A stretch of 64,000 nucleotides of DNA from a virus, in the IMG/VR virus record IMGVR_UViG_3300045988_080644; one strand, 5' to 3'. Shown here in pieces: positions 10,729-19,774 of the stretch. The notes under the pieces are model-generated. The model made no database searches. It saw nothing but the letters and a program-made list of their open reading frames with translations, and was not told the origin of the DNA. The position numbers and the translations under genes are program-made. The stretch's first letter is position 1. Every line of letters begins with the position of its first letter.

Positions 10729-11078
10729 GCAAGAATGATATTTAATATTATACTAATCTTAGTTACAACTTTATATTTTTTGCGTGAACTTTGTAATTGT
10801 GTTATTTTAATACTATCCTTTTTAATAATAGTATTATATTGCTTTTCATTAATTCTTCTTATAGAATCAGTATGTAACCAAGATTTATTTATCTTTTCTA
10901 GTGTTTCAATCTTCTTATTTAATAATGGAACTTCTTTTGTATATTTCTCATGCTCTAGAAATATAAGATTAGTTGTTTTCAGTTGTTCCGGAGTTATTGT
11001 AATGGTTGATGTAGTTTGTGAAAAACTGTATGTCGGCAGAAGTATCATTAGACATAATAATAGCTTTCTTATCTTCAT
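10710..11078 (-). CDS. secreted or membrane-anchored protein
   Basis: N-terminal signal peptide MKIRKLLLCLMILLPTYSFSQ and a C-terminal hydrophobic segment. Confidence 0.5.
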   Translation of the reverse strand: MKIRKLLLCLMILLPTYSFSQTTSTITITPEQLKTTNLIFLEHEKYTKEVPLLNKKIETLEKINKSWLHTDSIRRINEKQYNTIIKKDSIKITQLQSSRKKYKVVTKISIILNIILACLLVK

Positions 11079-11286
11079 ACGTCTCTCTTATTTTTACTAT
11101 TTTAATTGTTAAGGAATCCTTAGTGTGATTTAGAGTATCCCTAACTAAAGAATCTCTAATTATTTCTTTATTAGAAGGGATACTCTGTATATTATTATTT
11201 AATTGTTCTATACGTGCAATTATAAATATGATTCCTACAATTATAAATAGTTTAATCAACCAGGCTAGAACCGTTCTCAACTGCAT
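10969..11286 (-). CDS. hypothetical membrane protein
   Basis: N-terminal TM helix; the 110-nt out-of-frame overlap with 10710..11078 makes one of the two boundaries doubtful. Confidence 0.4.
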   Translation of the reverse strand: MQLRTVLAWLIKLFIIVGIIFIIARIEQLNNNIQSIPSNKEIIRDSLVRDTLNHTKDSLTIKIVKIRETYEDKKAIIMSNDTSADIQFFTNYINHYNNSGTTENN

Positions 11287-11806
11287 CTACTAGGGTCTTT
11301 GTTTTATCAATAACTCCCTGCACATCTACCCCTCTAGACATTAAAGTTAATACTGCTTGTTCTGCAGGAGAAGCATTCTGAATGTACTCTTTCTCTTTCT
11401 GAATCTGCTCATATTTAGCCTTGTTAGCATTATAATCCTTAATGACTATCTCAGGATTCTTAATAAAGTGATTAATTTTCTCTGTCAGGAGTGCATCAAT
11501 ACACTCTTTAGTAATTACACCGCCTTTACCAACAAACCAACAAGGATCTCCTGCAAGAGCCTTCTTATAAGCTTGTTCTTTACCAAAAGTGAGATTGAAC
11601 TCATCTTCCGGATTATATACTGCAATGCCGATAGATATGGCTCGTACAATCTCGAAAGAATCCTCAACACCTGGAATATCCCAAGTTGCAGTAAGACCCT
11701 CCTTTACTGGCATACTTACAGCACAAGCAACTATTAATCTTTCAACACCCTTAAAATCAACAAACTGACCAAGCTTATAACTAGCAATTTCCTTCTTCAT
11801 TTTCAT
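11252..11806 (-). CDS. hypothetical protein
   Basis: ORF track. Confidence 0.6.
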   Translation of the reverse strand: MKMKKEIASYKLGQFVDFKGVERLIVACAVSMPVKEGLTATWDIPGVEDSFEIVRAISIGIAVYNPEDEFNLTFGKEQAYKKALAGDPCWFVGKGGVITKECIDALLTEKINHFIKNPEIVIKDYNANKAKYEQIQKEKEYIQNASPAEQAVLTLMSRGVDVQGVIDKTKTLVDAVENGSSLVD

Positions 11807-12081
11807 TTACTATTAATTAGTGTATAACCCTCTTTAATTAAGTAGGATTCTGGAGCAAATTCCAGAGTTAGAAATCTAATAAAATACTCATCTGCTTTTT
11901 TCTTCCTATTTATGAAGTCTTTCTTTTTAAGTTTTAAAGGTTTATTAGTACTATATTGTTTTTCCTCAAATAAAGAAACTCCACCTTTAAATACTTTATA
12001 GATAGAATCTTCATAAATAAAAGAACTATGTGTTTGAACTATTTGACCGTCCTTCTCGTAAATCGCTACTGAAGTTGTCAT
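11803..12081 (-). CDS. hypothetical protein
   Basis: ORF track; 4-nt overlap with the downstream gene. Confidence 0.55.
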   Translation of the reverse strand: MTTSVAIYEKDGQIVQTHSSFIYEDSIYKVFKGGVSLFEEKQYSTNKPLKLKKKDFINRKKKADEYFIRFLTLEFAPESYLIKEGYTLINSK

Positions 12082-12535
12082 ATATTAAATTAATTATATA
12101 CTTAATAAACTTATTTTTAGCAATTTCGTAAAAAGAGTTCCAAACATTATTGGTATAGAAGTTGTATATATCTTGTGAAGTAATATTATTATAATGAAAA
12201 TATTCTTCCTCACTATATGTACCTACATTTATCCTATACGTATCTTTAATAGGTTTAGCCTCCAGACATATATGATATACTGAATCATCTAAATCTTCAA
12301 AATCATCAGGATAACCATCATCTTCATAACGAGGTTCTGAAACTAATACTTCAAATGGAATATCTTCTCTTTCAAGTATTTCTGCTATTACATAGGCTAC
12401 ATAACAACAACCACCATAGTTTGTATGATATATTGTATTTAAACAATCACACAAACTATTTATTTTATTAAATAGGTCCGAATAATTATCTTCCGACTTC
12501 TTTATAGATCTCCTCTTGAATTTGCTTGAAAACAT
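12026..12535 (-). CDS. hypothetical protein
   Basis: ORF track. Confidence 0.55.
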   Translation of the reverse strand: MFSSKFKRRSIKKSEDNYSDLFNKINSLCDCLNTIYHTNYGGCCYVAYVIAEILEREDIPFEVLVSEPRYEDDGYPDDFEDLDDSVYHICLEAKPIKDTYRINVGTYSEEEYFHYNNITSQDIYNFYTNNVWNSFYEIAKNKFIKYIINLIYDNFSSDLREGRSNSSNT

Positions 12536-12761
12536 TTAAATATTCTTTCAAGGTCGTAATCTCATCTTTTCCATATTTGCTATTAATAGCATATCTAATT
12601 ATTCTACCAATAGCAGAATCTAAAGGCATACCATAGCCCTCTAATTGAAATTCTTCTCTAGGATTAGTTTTACTATTCACTTTTCTAAGCAAATATAAAT
12701 CCCATAGTGGAGAAGTATCATTTATTGGTTCAATTCGATAAAAATTACCTTGAATTATCAT
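12486..12761 (-). CDS. hypothetical protein
   Basis: ORF track. Confidence 0.55.
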   Translation of the reverse strand: MIIQGNFYRIEPINDTSPLWDLYLLRKVNSKTNPREEFQLEGYGMPLDSAIGRIIRYAINSKYGKDEITTLKEYLNVFKQIQEEIYKEVGR

Positions 12762-13016
12762 TTAAATATCGCGATTAAGCATTTTAAAGAATTTAGAAAC
12801 TGGATTAGAACCTGCAAGGCTCAGCCCATCATGACACCAAATAGTTAATAATACGCCAAATACTATTACTTCTATGATGTTAAGTACAGGAACAAATAGC
12901 AGTAATAATGCTATTATAAATGCATAAAGAGGTATGCCTATCTTAGGCTTTAAATCTATGACAAGCATAAATTCAATAGCTGCCACAACTAAACAGAATA
13001 TAAATAAACCAAACAT
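12762..13016 (-). CDS. small multi-pass membrane protein
   Basis: Almost entirely hydrophobic 84-aa ORF. Confidence 0.6.
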   Translation of the reverse strand: MFGLFIFCLVVAAIEFMLVIDLKPKIGIPLYAFIIALLLLFVPVLNIIEVIVFGVLLTIWCHDGLSLAGSNPVSKFFKMLNRDI

Positions 13017-13065
13017 AACAAATTATTTATCAAGTCCTACTAATGTTGATGAGTTACCTGTAACC

Positions 13066-13596
13066 TTAGGAAGGTTGCTAAATGATGATTCTTTCTGAAT
13101 TTTCTTCATATAATGGAAAAATTTTTAAACGTTCTCTATCTGCAATTATTTTAGCTTCTTCTAAAGTATCATAGTATCCAAAAGAAATACCTTTAATTCG
13201 TACTCTGTATTTACCATTTTCAATAGTAACATTTCTTATTCCAGTTTTGCTTTTATCAACGGAGGTATTAGTAGCATTATCTTTCTTAGATAACTCCCTT
13301 AAATTACTTTTTCTGTTATCTAGAGTATTATGATTAATATGATCAATTACATTATTTTCATCCGTTTTAGACATAATCATATTATGCATCCAATATTGTT
13401 TTCTAACACCTTCTTTTTGTATCTTAGTACGAACCCCGTCTACATGCCCTTTACGATTATTTGTAATGTGCCATGTTCCTTTTATGCTAGATACTTTTTG
13501 GAAGTCTTCCTTATCTACATAACATTCTAATTGATTATCCTTATAATTTATGTAGATTATATAATAATCCTATTCTTCTTTATATTTATTTTTCAT
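13066..13596 (-). CDS. free-standing HNH homing endonuclease with AP2-type DNA-binding domain (TAG-recoded)
   Basis: IDHINHNTLDNRKSNL (HNH) followed by GIRNV..GKYRVRI (AP2-like). Checked codon by codon: the frame stays open from ATG 13596 through an in-frame TAG at 13570-13572. The annotated TAG stop at 13078 reads on 4 codons to TAA at 13066. Confidence 0.7.
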
Positions 13597-14384
13597 TATT
13601 TTAAATCATTTAGTCCAATAAGTACAGAACTCCCTGCACCCACTACTTTTGGAGATTCTCCAGACCATTTCTCGATCCACTGCTTCTTAACAAGCAATGG
13701 TGTAAGAGAAGCATTTACAATGGCATTAGCCTTAGCCTCTGCTTCGGCTACTACAATCTTCTTCTTTGCTTCTGCCTCAGCTACTTGTACTTCATTAGCT
13801 GCTTTCTGTGCTAACTGAATAGCTCTGTTCTTAGCATCTACAGCTTCTACAATAGTCTTAGGATATTGCAAACCACTAGTAAACTGGTCAAGTACAAATC
13901 CTTCCTTGTCAAGAAGTTTAGAAAGACGCTTCTCAATTGCCTGTTCTACAGCTTCACGATTTGACACAATCTGGTCTGTAGTAAATTTATTAATCTCAAT
14001 ACGACAGGCATCCTTTACATACTTAAATACAGGACCATTAATCACATCAGTTAATTCTTTGCGATATTTACGAAATACCTTTGGAGCAGCACCATCCTTA
14101 ACTTTAAGATTTACATTTGGATCAACTTTAAATTCAGAACCATCCTTAGCATTAATTGTAAATGGCTCATAGTCAATAGTCTGTACATAGGTAGGATACT
14201 CATATACTTCCTGAGTAGCCGGATTATAGAATACTCGTCCAGTCACCATAGATACATCATCTACACCTCTTTCAGAGCCATAGAGATTAACTAAGATACC
14301 TTCACAACCAGCATCGATACGTTCACAACTAGTGAAACTTAATGACAACATTAAAGCACTCGCAAATAAAAAGACTTTTCTCAT
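13596..14384 (-). CDS. SPFH/band-7 (prohibitin-like) lipoprotein
   Basis: Lipobox LSFTSC; C-terminal AEAEAKKKIVVAEAEAKANAI alanine/glutamate-rich helix typical of SPFH proteins. Confidence 0.6.
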   Translation of the reverse strand: MRKVFLFASALMLSLSFTSCERIDAGCEGILVNLYGSERGVDDVSMVTGRVFYNPATQEVYEYPTYVQTIDYEPFTINAKDGSEFKVDPNVNLKVKDGAAPKVFRKYRKELTDVINGPVFKYVKDACRIEINKFTTDQIVSNREAVEQAIEKRLSKLLDKEGFVLDQFTSGLQYPKTIVEAVDAKNRAIQLAQKAANEVQVAEAEAKKKIVVAEAEAKANAIVNASLTPLLVKKQWIEKWSGESPKVVGAGSSVLIGLNDLK

Positions 14385-14638
14385 TTAAATAAACTTTTTA
14401 ATTTATCAACACTTTCAACAACTAAGGTAACTACTAACACAGCCATAGTTGCTAATATTAACATACCCATAATGCAACAAAATGTACTCTCACTGCTAAT
14501 TAAGTAAGTACACATACTTATTAAATACATCATAGCTATAAAGCCAATGACATATTTAATAACTTTAAAAACCAATTTATACTTTCTCAAGAATTTTGGG
14601 GTTTCCATAAAATATAATGTTTTCTTTCGGTAAACCAA
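14381..14638 (-). CDS. small membrane protein
   Basis: Two hydrophobic helices; the start is uncertain. Confidence 0.5.
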   Translation of the reverse strand: MVYRKKTLYFMETPKFLRKYKLVFKVIKYVIGFIAMMYLISMCTYLISSESTFCCIMGMLILATMAVLVVTLVVESVDKLKSLFK

Positions 14639-14872
14639 TTATACCAAATAATTATCTTATCTTGTTGTATGTCTATATAAGGATTTAATAATATAAGACA
14701 TACTAAAACAATAATTAAGATAATCATCGTGTTTTTACTGAACCTGGTTTAGTTGTTGCTTTCTGTACTGAAGCTGGTAATTTTGACCACCAATTCTGCT
14801 TCATCTGTAACCACTCACGCTTATGCTTTGCTTTCATTTTCAAATTAATTAGAATATTTAATTGTAATCTAA

Positions 14873-15292
14873 CTAATCTGCAAAATGACTAGCTTCCACA
14901 GCCAATCTATCTGCTAGATTATTATATTCATCTATGTTATGTCCCTTTGTCCATTCAAATTTTATATCTGAACAAAACTCTTTAGCTTTATTATGTACTT
15001 TATCAAATAGCTGCCAATAATTCTGGTTCTTCTTGCGTTTCCATCCCTTATTTATACATCCTAAAACGTATTGTGAATCAGATACTACAGTAATGGAATC
15101 AAAGTTTGTACTAATGGCATGCAGAGCATAAATAACAGCCATTATTTCCATTTTATTATTAGTTACATTTTTGAAGTGTTTATTAAATTGATAAATTACT
15201 TCGTTATCTTTAATAAATACAACTCCAACACCTCCATTACCTGTAGACACTTGACAAGCTCCATCTGTATATATGGTTAATAATTTCCCCAT
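14873..15292 (-). CDS. rnhA: ribonuclease H (RNase HI)
   Basis: DEDD catalytic pattern: IYTDGAC, NNKMEIMAV, VSDSQYV, KGH...NNLADRLA. Confidence 0.9.
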   Translation of the reverse strand: MGKLLTIYTDGACQVSTGNGGVGVVFIKDNEVIYQFNKHFKNVTNNKMEIMAVIYALHAISTNFDSITVVSDSQYVLGCINKGWKRKKNQNYWQLFDKVHNKAKEFCSDIKFEWTKGHNIDEYNNLADRLAVEASHFAD

Positions 15293-15666
15293 GATTCTAC
15301 TACGAAGTCAAGAGTTAAATTACCATATAAATAAGTTACTTTAAATGGACCTGAGGCTATACCCTGATAATTACTTTTAGGGTTTTTATGTACTTCTTTA
15401 ATTACATCATCAAGTAATCTTTCTGCACAACAATATAAATCGTAAACACTGGGTACTCTGAGTTCATACTCTGTAAGTATTTTCCAAGGTTCATATCCAA
15501 TAATTTCTGGTTTGTCCTCTTCTTCATTCTTATAGATAGGCAAACATGGAGAAGCCATAATCATAGCTACTTGCTCAAAACGAAAATTACTCAGAATATC
15601 CATTTTTTGATCCTCTAAGCTACCTCTGTAGGCATCTTCCGAATTAATTACTTTTGGTTTTAACAT
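15277..15666 (-). CDS. hypothetical protein
   Basis: ORF track. Confidence 0.6.
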   Translation of the reverse strand: MLKPKVINSEDAYRGSLEDQKMDILSNFRFEQVAMIMASPCLPIYKNEEEDKPEIIGYEPWKILTEYELRVPSVYDLYCCAERLLDDVIKEVHKNPKSNYQGIASGPFKVTYLYGNLTLDFVVESWGNY

Positions 15667-15701
15667 AAATAAATAAAAAGAGCTACCCCTTTCAGAGTAG
15701 C

Positions 15702-15890
15702 TTAATCAGGACACACCATAGAAAACGATGTGCTATCTACAGAATTTACAGTATCAACTTTAGCAGAATCTACTGTATCACAAGTATCGACAGATGTAGA
15801 ATCTACACTGTCTGTTGTCCTAGAACAACCATTACCACAACTTGAACAGAGGGCAATGATTGCGAAAGCAAAAATAAATAATTTCTTCAT
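15702..15890 (-). CDS. small lipoprotein with DS(V/T)D repeats
   Basis: Signal peptide plus lipobox ALCSSC; repeated VDS(T/A) units. Confidence 0.55.
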   Translation of the reverse strand: MKKLFIFAFAIIALCSSCGNGCSRTTDSVDSTSVDTCDTVDSAKVDTVNSVDSTSFSMVCPD

Positions 15891-15904
15891 AATTAAATAA
15901 ATTA

Positions 15905-15938
15905 AATAAATAATAAAGGGTGGAGAGTTTCTCCACCC
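15905..15938 (-). terminator. rho-independent terminator
   Basis: Minus-strand hairpin GGGTGGAGAAACTCTCCACCC followed by TTTATTATTTATTT. Confidence 0.6.
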
Positions 15939-16118
15939 CTCGATTGTAGGAAATCAACCTCCCGATTTCTCATCTTGAAAAGTATAGGAATTAAAAGTCA
16001 CTATAATCTTAATTATAGAAGCACCTACAGTTTAAAGAAACATAGGACAAACTAAAGAATATCATAAGGATTAGCCGCACAGACTTAGAATGTGTCTTAG
16101 CTTTAGACTCGTTCCCAC

Positions 16119-16139
16119 GACTTAGACTTAGACTTAGAC
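16119..16139. repeat. tandem hexamer GACTTA x3.5, with dispersed extra copies at 16082-16110
   Basis: Read directly: cgaCTTAGACTTAGACTTAGACc; related agacttaga and ctttagactc lie just upstream. Confidence 0.8.
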
Positions 16140-16318
16140 CAAGTAACACCACATAATGCTTTTAACCCGATTATGTTTTAGGTGATACTTAAAAATAAAA
16201 ATATGTGTGGAAACGACCATTAAATATACCTAATATGTGGTATTGCGACAATCCCGCAATAAATTATATTATTTTCCTGTAATATATTTAATGCTAATCC
16301 TTAATCTATTCTTATTAA

Positions 16319-17215
16319 TTACTCAGCGAGTAAAGCCTTAATAGACTTATATGTTTCCATCAAAGAATCCGGAACATTAATTTTAAGTTTACTAATCTTT
16401 TCTTTCTCAGTAATTATATATTGATTGAATCTTGACTGCAAATCTTCAATTTTGTCAAGCCAATCATTATATTCTTTAGAATAAGCAGTTCTAGCCTTCT
16501 GATACTCTTGCTCATTAGCTATATTCTGTTTATTTGCTTCTTCAATAGCATCAGCTTTAATATTATTAAGTTGAGCATTTAAATTTCTATGTTCAGACAT
16601 TAAAGACAAGAACATACCATTAACTTCAGCGACTTCAACAGAAGGTGTATATCTATATACTACAGTATCTCTACCGGCTCCACTAATCTTATTTGGTTCA
16701 GCAATTACTTTATTTAACATTACCTTAGCTCTAGATACAGAGCCTGTTTCATGTATAAATTTACCAATAGCGGCAGCTCTAGATTGCAAAGTAAAATACT
16801 TATTTAATTTAATTGCATCTAAATTTTTAATTACATCATCTTTAGTTACCGTAGCTTTTTTACTTGGTGATTTAGGAGTGGGATAATCTTTATATTCTGA
16901 CCAATCTTGAATACGTGTACTTGATAATTCACCAAGAGCTTCCTCCTTATTCTTAATAGCTTCTTTAAGCCAAGCAATTAATGAATTATATTGTCCTATC
17001 TTAATTATAGCATCTTGAATCCATGAAGTATCTGTAGTACCTTTTCCAGCATTTACTGCATTATCAGAAGATACAATACTAGTTATTGTAGTATTATAAA
17101 ATTGAACAGTATTTAATGAATCTGTCAATCCTGCAATAACTTCGTTAGCTACATTACAAATATTTTGAGCTTCTGTTGATGTAAGAAACCCATCTTTAAA
17201 AAATACATTATTCAT
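16319..17215 (-). CDS. hypothetical coiled-coil protein
   Basis: ORF track; followed by about 380 nt of non-coding sequence and a strong terminator. Confidence 0.65.
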   Translation of the reverse strand: MNNVFFKDGFLTSTEAQNICNVANEVIAGLTDSLNTVQFYNTTITSIVSSDNAVNAGKGTTDTSWIQDAIIKIGQYNSLIAWLKEAIKNKEEALGELSSTRIQDWSEYKDYPTPKSPSKKATVTKDDVIKNLDAIKLNKYFTLQSRAAAIGKFIHETGSVSRAKVMLNKVIAEPNKISGAGRDTVVYRYTPSVEVAEVNGMFLSLMSEHRNLNAQLNNIKADAIEEANKQNIANEQEYQKARTAYSKEYNDWLDKIEDLQSRFNQYIITEKEKISKLKINVPDSLMETYKSIKALLAE

Positions 17216-17260
17216 GTTCCTATGATATATAATATTTAATTACTTAGTAGTTAATAATTG

Positions 17261-17596
17261 TTAATCAATAAATTCAATAGTATCTACCATTGTATTATAT
17301 GATACTTTACCATCTTCTAATTCTATAATATAATAATAGTCCTCCCAAGTTTCTTCTATACCTTTAAACACACCTACTATATCATGTGATTTACATTTGT
17401 GTCCTATAAAAGGCATTAATTCTTGTACTTGAGAACTACAATCTTTAGCATCCTCTGAACTCTTTATTATTCTTCGGGTTTCAAATATGTAAGCTGTTCT
17501 AACTCTTTCAAGAGCTCTCATCATAGCATCCTTCTCTTTCGAAGAAGCTTTATCCCAGTCCACAATATATCCCAATGTACTTACTTTAAATATCAT
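17261..17596 (-). CDS. hypothetical protein
   Basis: ORF track. Confidence 0.6.
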   Translation of the reverse strand: MIFKVSTLGYIVDWDKASSKEKDAMMRALERVRTAYIFETRRIIKSSEDAKDCSSQVQELMPFIGHKCKSHDIVGVFKGIEETWEDYYYIIELEDGKVSYNTMVDTIEFID

Positions 17597-17904
17597 CCAA
17601 AATTACCTCCTAATGGTGTTTCTGGTTCTAAATTATCTATAAGAACTTCTTGTAATTTAAAAGACTTTCCTTCAACTTCTACATTATTGTATACAAAGTT
17701 ATAAAGATAGTCAATGGACATAAATCTAGTTGGAGTAGTAATACAATGATCATGTTGAGTATCTTTTTGATACTTTTCAACATGTTTAGTTATATTACCA
17801 CCTTTATATAATCTATAAACTATAGTTCCTTCCCATTCATTTATAGGAGAGATACCTGTGATGTATAAATCACTATTATTTAAATGTACCTGTTGTATTA
17901 TCAC
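17593..17904 (-). CDS. hypothetical protein
   Basis: ORF track; 4-nt overlap. Confidence 0.6.
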   Translation of the reverse strand: MIIQQVHLNNSDLYITGISPINEWEGTIVYRLYKGGNITKHVEKYQKDTQHDHCITTPTRFMSIDYLYNFVYNNVEVEGKSFKLQEVLIDNLEPETPLGGNFG

Positions 17905-18587
17905 TATAATTGTATTTTTTGAATTTCATTGGATTCCAAACTTTTTATATAATTATATACTTTACTAAGATTTCCTCCACTAAATGGAGTTTTATTACTA
18001 AAGATTAATATCTTATATAGATTTATAGCCTGTATAAAACTTACCTTATTCTCTTTTAAATATTTAGTAAATATAGTGCTAAATCCACAAGATTGCTTAA
18101 AATATTGCATGATTGCTTGTTTAAGACACTTTATTTCTGAATTTGACCAGTACTCTTCTTTCTTTTTAAATATCTTATTTGTTGCAGAATCCCTTATAGG
18201 TCTTGGTATATATAAAGTTTCTGGTAAAATTAATTCATCCTTCTTGACAGCATCAGTAAATTTTATAGCCGAAGTATTTAACAATTCGTTAACTTGTGCA
18301 TAGTGTATTATAAAGTCTATAGTATTAGAAGCATTAATTATCATAATCTTAGCACTTCCTTTTATAAATACAGCATAGTTAATGGAATCAAATACAGAAG
18401 ACTTAATTATTTGTAAATCCCCAGTACTCTGCTTTGCCATATGGTCTGAATATCTAATCTCTAAGTTTTTATAATAGAAATATAAAGAATTACTATTCTG
18501 CCCATTGTCTTTTAATGTACAATTAACCCATAGCCATTTTTCAAGTTTATTCATTTCCTTTAATCTGTTAAGTATTAATCTATACAA
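17904..18587 (-). CDS. hypothetical protein
   Basis: ORF track; the annotated start is non-ATG (TTG), and the first ATG is at 18553. Confidence 0.55.
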   Translation of the reverse strand: MYRLILNRLKEMNKLEKWLWVNCTLKDNGQNSNSLYFYYKNLEIRYSDHMAKQSTGDLQIIKSSVFDSINYAVFIKGSAKIMIINASNTIDFIIHYAQVNELLNTSAIKFTDAVKKDELILPETLYIPRPIRDSATNKIFKKKEEYWSNSEIKCLKQAIMQYFKQSCGFSTIFTKYLKENKVSFIQAINLYKILIFSNKTPFSGGNLSKVYNYIKSLESNEIQKIQL

Positions 18588-18618
18588 AAATAGCTCACCT
18601 AAATTAATAGATGAGCTA
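18585..18618 (-). terminator. rho-independent terminator closing tRNA cluster 1
   Basis: Minus-strand 9-bp hairpin TAGCTCATC/GGTGAGCTA followed by TTTTTG. Confidence 0.6.
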
Positions 18619-18691
18619 TATACTATAAGTAGGTTGACTTTGTAATAGGATCTTATTCTCTACCATTACTAGTTCTCTACTTTATTATTAG

Positions 18692-18775
18692 TTGTCTAGG
18701 AGAGATTTGAACTCCCGAAGCTAAATAGCAGCTGATTTACAGTCAGCCGTGTTTGACCACTTCACATACTAGACA
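18692..18775 (-). tRNA. tRNA-Tyr(GUA), class II
   Basis: Acceptor TGTCTAG/CTAGACA, anticodon arm GCTGA-CTGTAAA-TCAGC, long variable arm, T-loop TTCAAAT. Confidence 0.85.
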
Positions 18776-18793
18776 ATAAATTCTTTTTATGAG

Positions 18794-18873
18794 TTGCAGA
18801 GGCAGGATTCGAACCACTTTGTGCGACCTCTTGGTTATGAGCCAAGCGAGATGACCAACTTCTCCACTCTGCG
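18794..18873 (-). tRNA. tRNA(CAU), initiator-like, aberrant T stem
   Basis: Anticodon arm CTTGG-CTCATAA-CCAAG; C1/A72 mismatch at the top of the acceptor stem; the T stem GCA[CAAAGT]GG/CCTGC needs a 6-nt bulge. Confidence 0.5.
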
Positions 18874-18884
18874 ATATTAAAAAG

Positions 18885-18956
18885 AGCTTCAAGTAGGATT
18901 CGAACCTACGACCTGCTCATTACAAGTGAGCTGCACTACCACTGTGCTATTGAAGC
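18885..18956 (-). tRNA. tRNA-Thr(UGU)
   Basis: Canonical cloverleaf; anticodon arm GCTCA-CTTGTAA-TGAGC; T arm GTAGG-TTCGAAT-CCTAC. Confidence 0.9.
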
Positions 18957-19101
18957 TAGAATAAAGGCGAATATGGCATTAGACGGGCAAACTATCGTGA
19001 CCATATTCTAATAATACATTGAGCTATCAGGCATACTCGTGGATTGCCACCGCTACCTCTAACAACCACCCAGTTAAACGCTAGGTGCTCTCCATTATTT
19101 G

Positions 19102-19175
19102 TAGGTGATATAGGACTTGAACCTATGACCTCTTGCTTATCAGGCAAGCTATCTAACCAACTGATATAATCACCT
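19102..19175 (-). tRNA. tRNA-Ile(GAU)
   Basis: Acceptor AGGTGAT/ATCACCT; anticodon arm CTTGC-CTGATAA-GCAAG. Confidence 0.9.
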
Positions 19176-19242
19176 AAATTGTTGGACCACTAAGGTTAGA
19201 ATTCTGTAGTGTTTCCGGTTACACCATAGTACAATTTGTTTG

Positions 19243-19319
19243 CGGAATATAAGGGACTCGAACCCTTAGTTTTACTAGAGTGACAGTCTAGTTCCCTTAC
19301 CAACAGGGCTTAATACTCC
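19243..19319 (-). tRNA. tRNA-Asp(GUC)
   Basis: Anticodon arm CTAGA-CTGTCAC-TCTAG; T arm AAGGG-TTCGAGT-CCCTT. Confidence 0.85.
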
Positions 19320-19610
19320 GGGCGCCTCTTGTGTACACATTTCTTTTCGAGAAGGTGATGAACCTTAGAAATAAGAGGCATATATTTAAATTTACTCTCC
19401 CAACATCAGTAAGTACCCCTTTGGCACTTACTAGTAGAAATCTAATTAAATAACTGTAAATGGTAATACTCGATAGTCTTTAACATCGTACCAAGCTGCT
19501 ACAGTTTTCATTCCTTTCCACCATGATTTGATAATTCTTTTCATACAGTTTAAAATTTAATTGTTAATTAAATAATCTAATTGTATAGAAGGAAGAAGAA
19601 GTAAACATCG

Positions 19611-19688
19611 TGCGAGATGTGGGAATCAAACCCACGCAAGCCTTCTGGTTGGAAGCCAGATATGCGCCTTCAGCTACACTAATCTCGC
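19611..19688 (-). tRNA. tRNA-Gly(UCC)
   Basis: Acceptor GCGAGAT/ATCTCGC; anticodon arm TCTGG-CTTCCAA-CCAGA; unusually long (8-nt) variable region. Confidence 0.75.
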
Positions 19689-19699
19689 ATATTTATTAG

Positions 19700-19774
19700 T
19701 GGACCACGGTGGGACTCGAACCCACGACATCTACCTTGCAAAAGTAGCGTTCTAGCCAGCTGAACTACGAGCCC
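19700..19774 (-). tRNA. tRNA-Ala(UGC)
   Basis: Anticodon arm CTACT-TTTGCAA-GGTAG; G3-U70 wobble and A73 present; the acceptor stem needs one bulged nucleotide. Confidence 0.75.

Noticed and set aside
18961-19008. Second HDV-like ribozyme (helix GAATATGG/CCATATTC starts like the P1 at 60094)
   Set aside because: No P2 partner exists after the P1' strand, there is no J4/2-like GGTAATGC segment, and the element does not abut a tRNA 3' end. It is kept only as an unexplained structured spacer.
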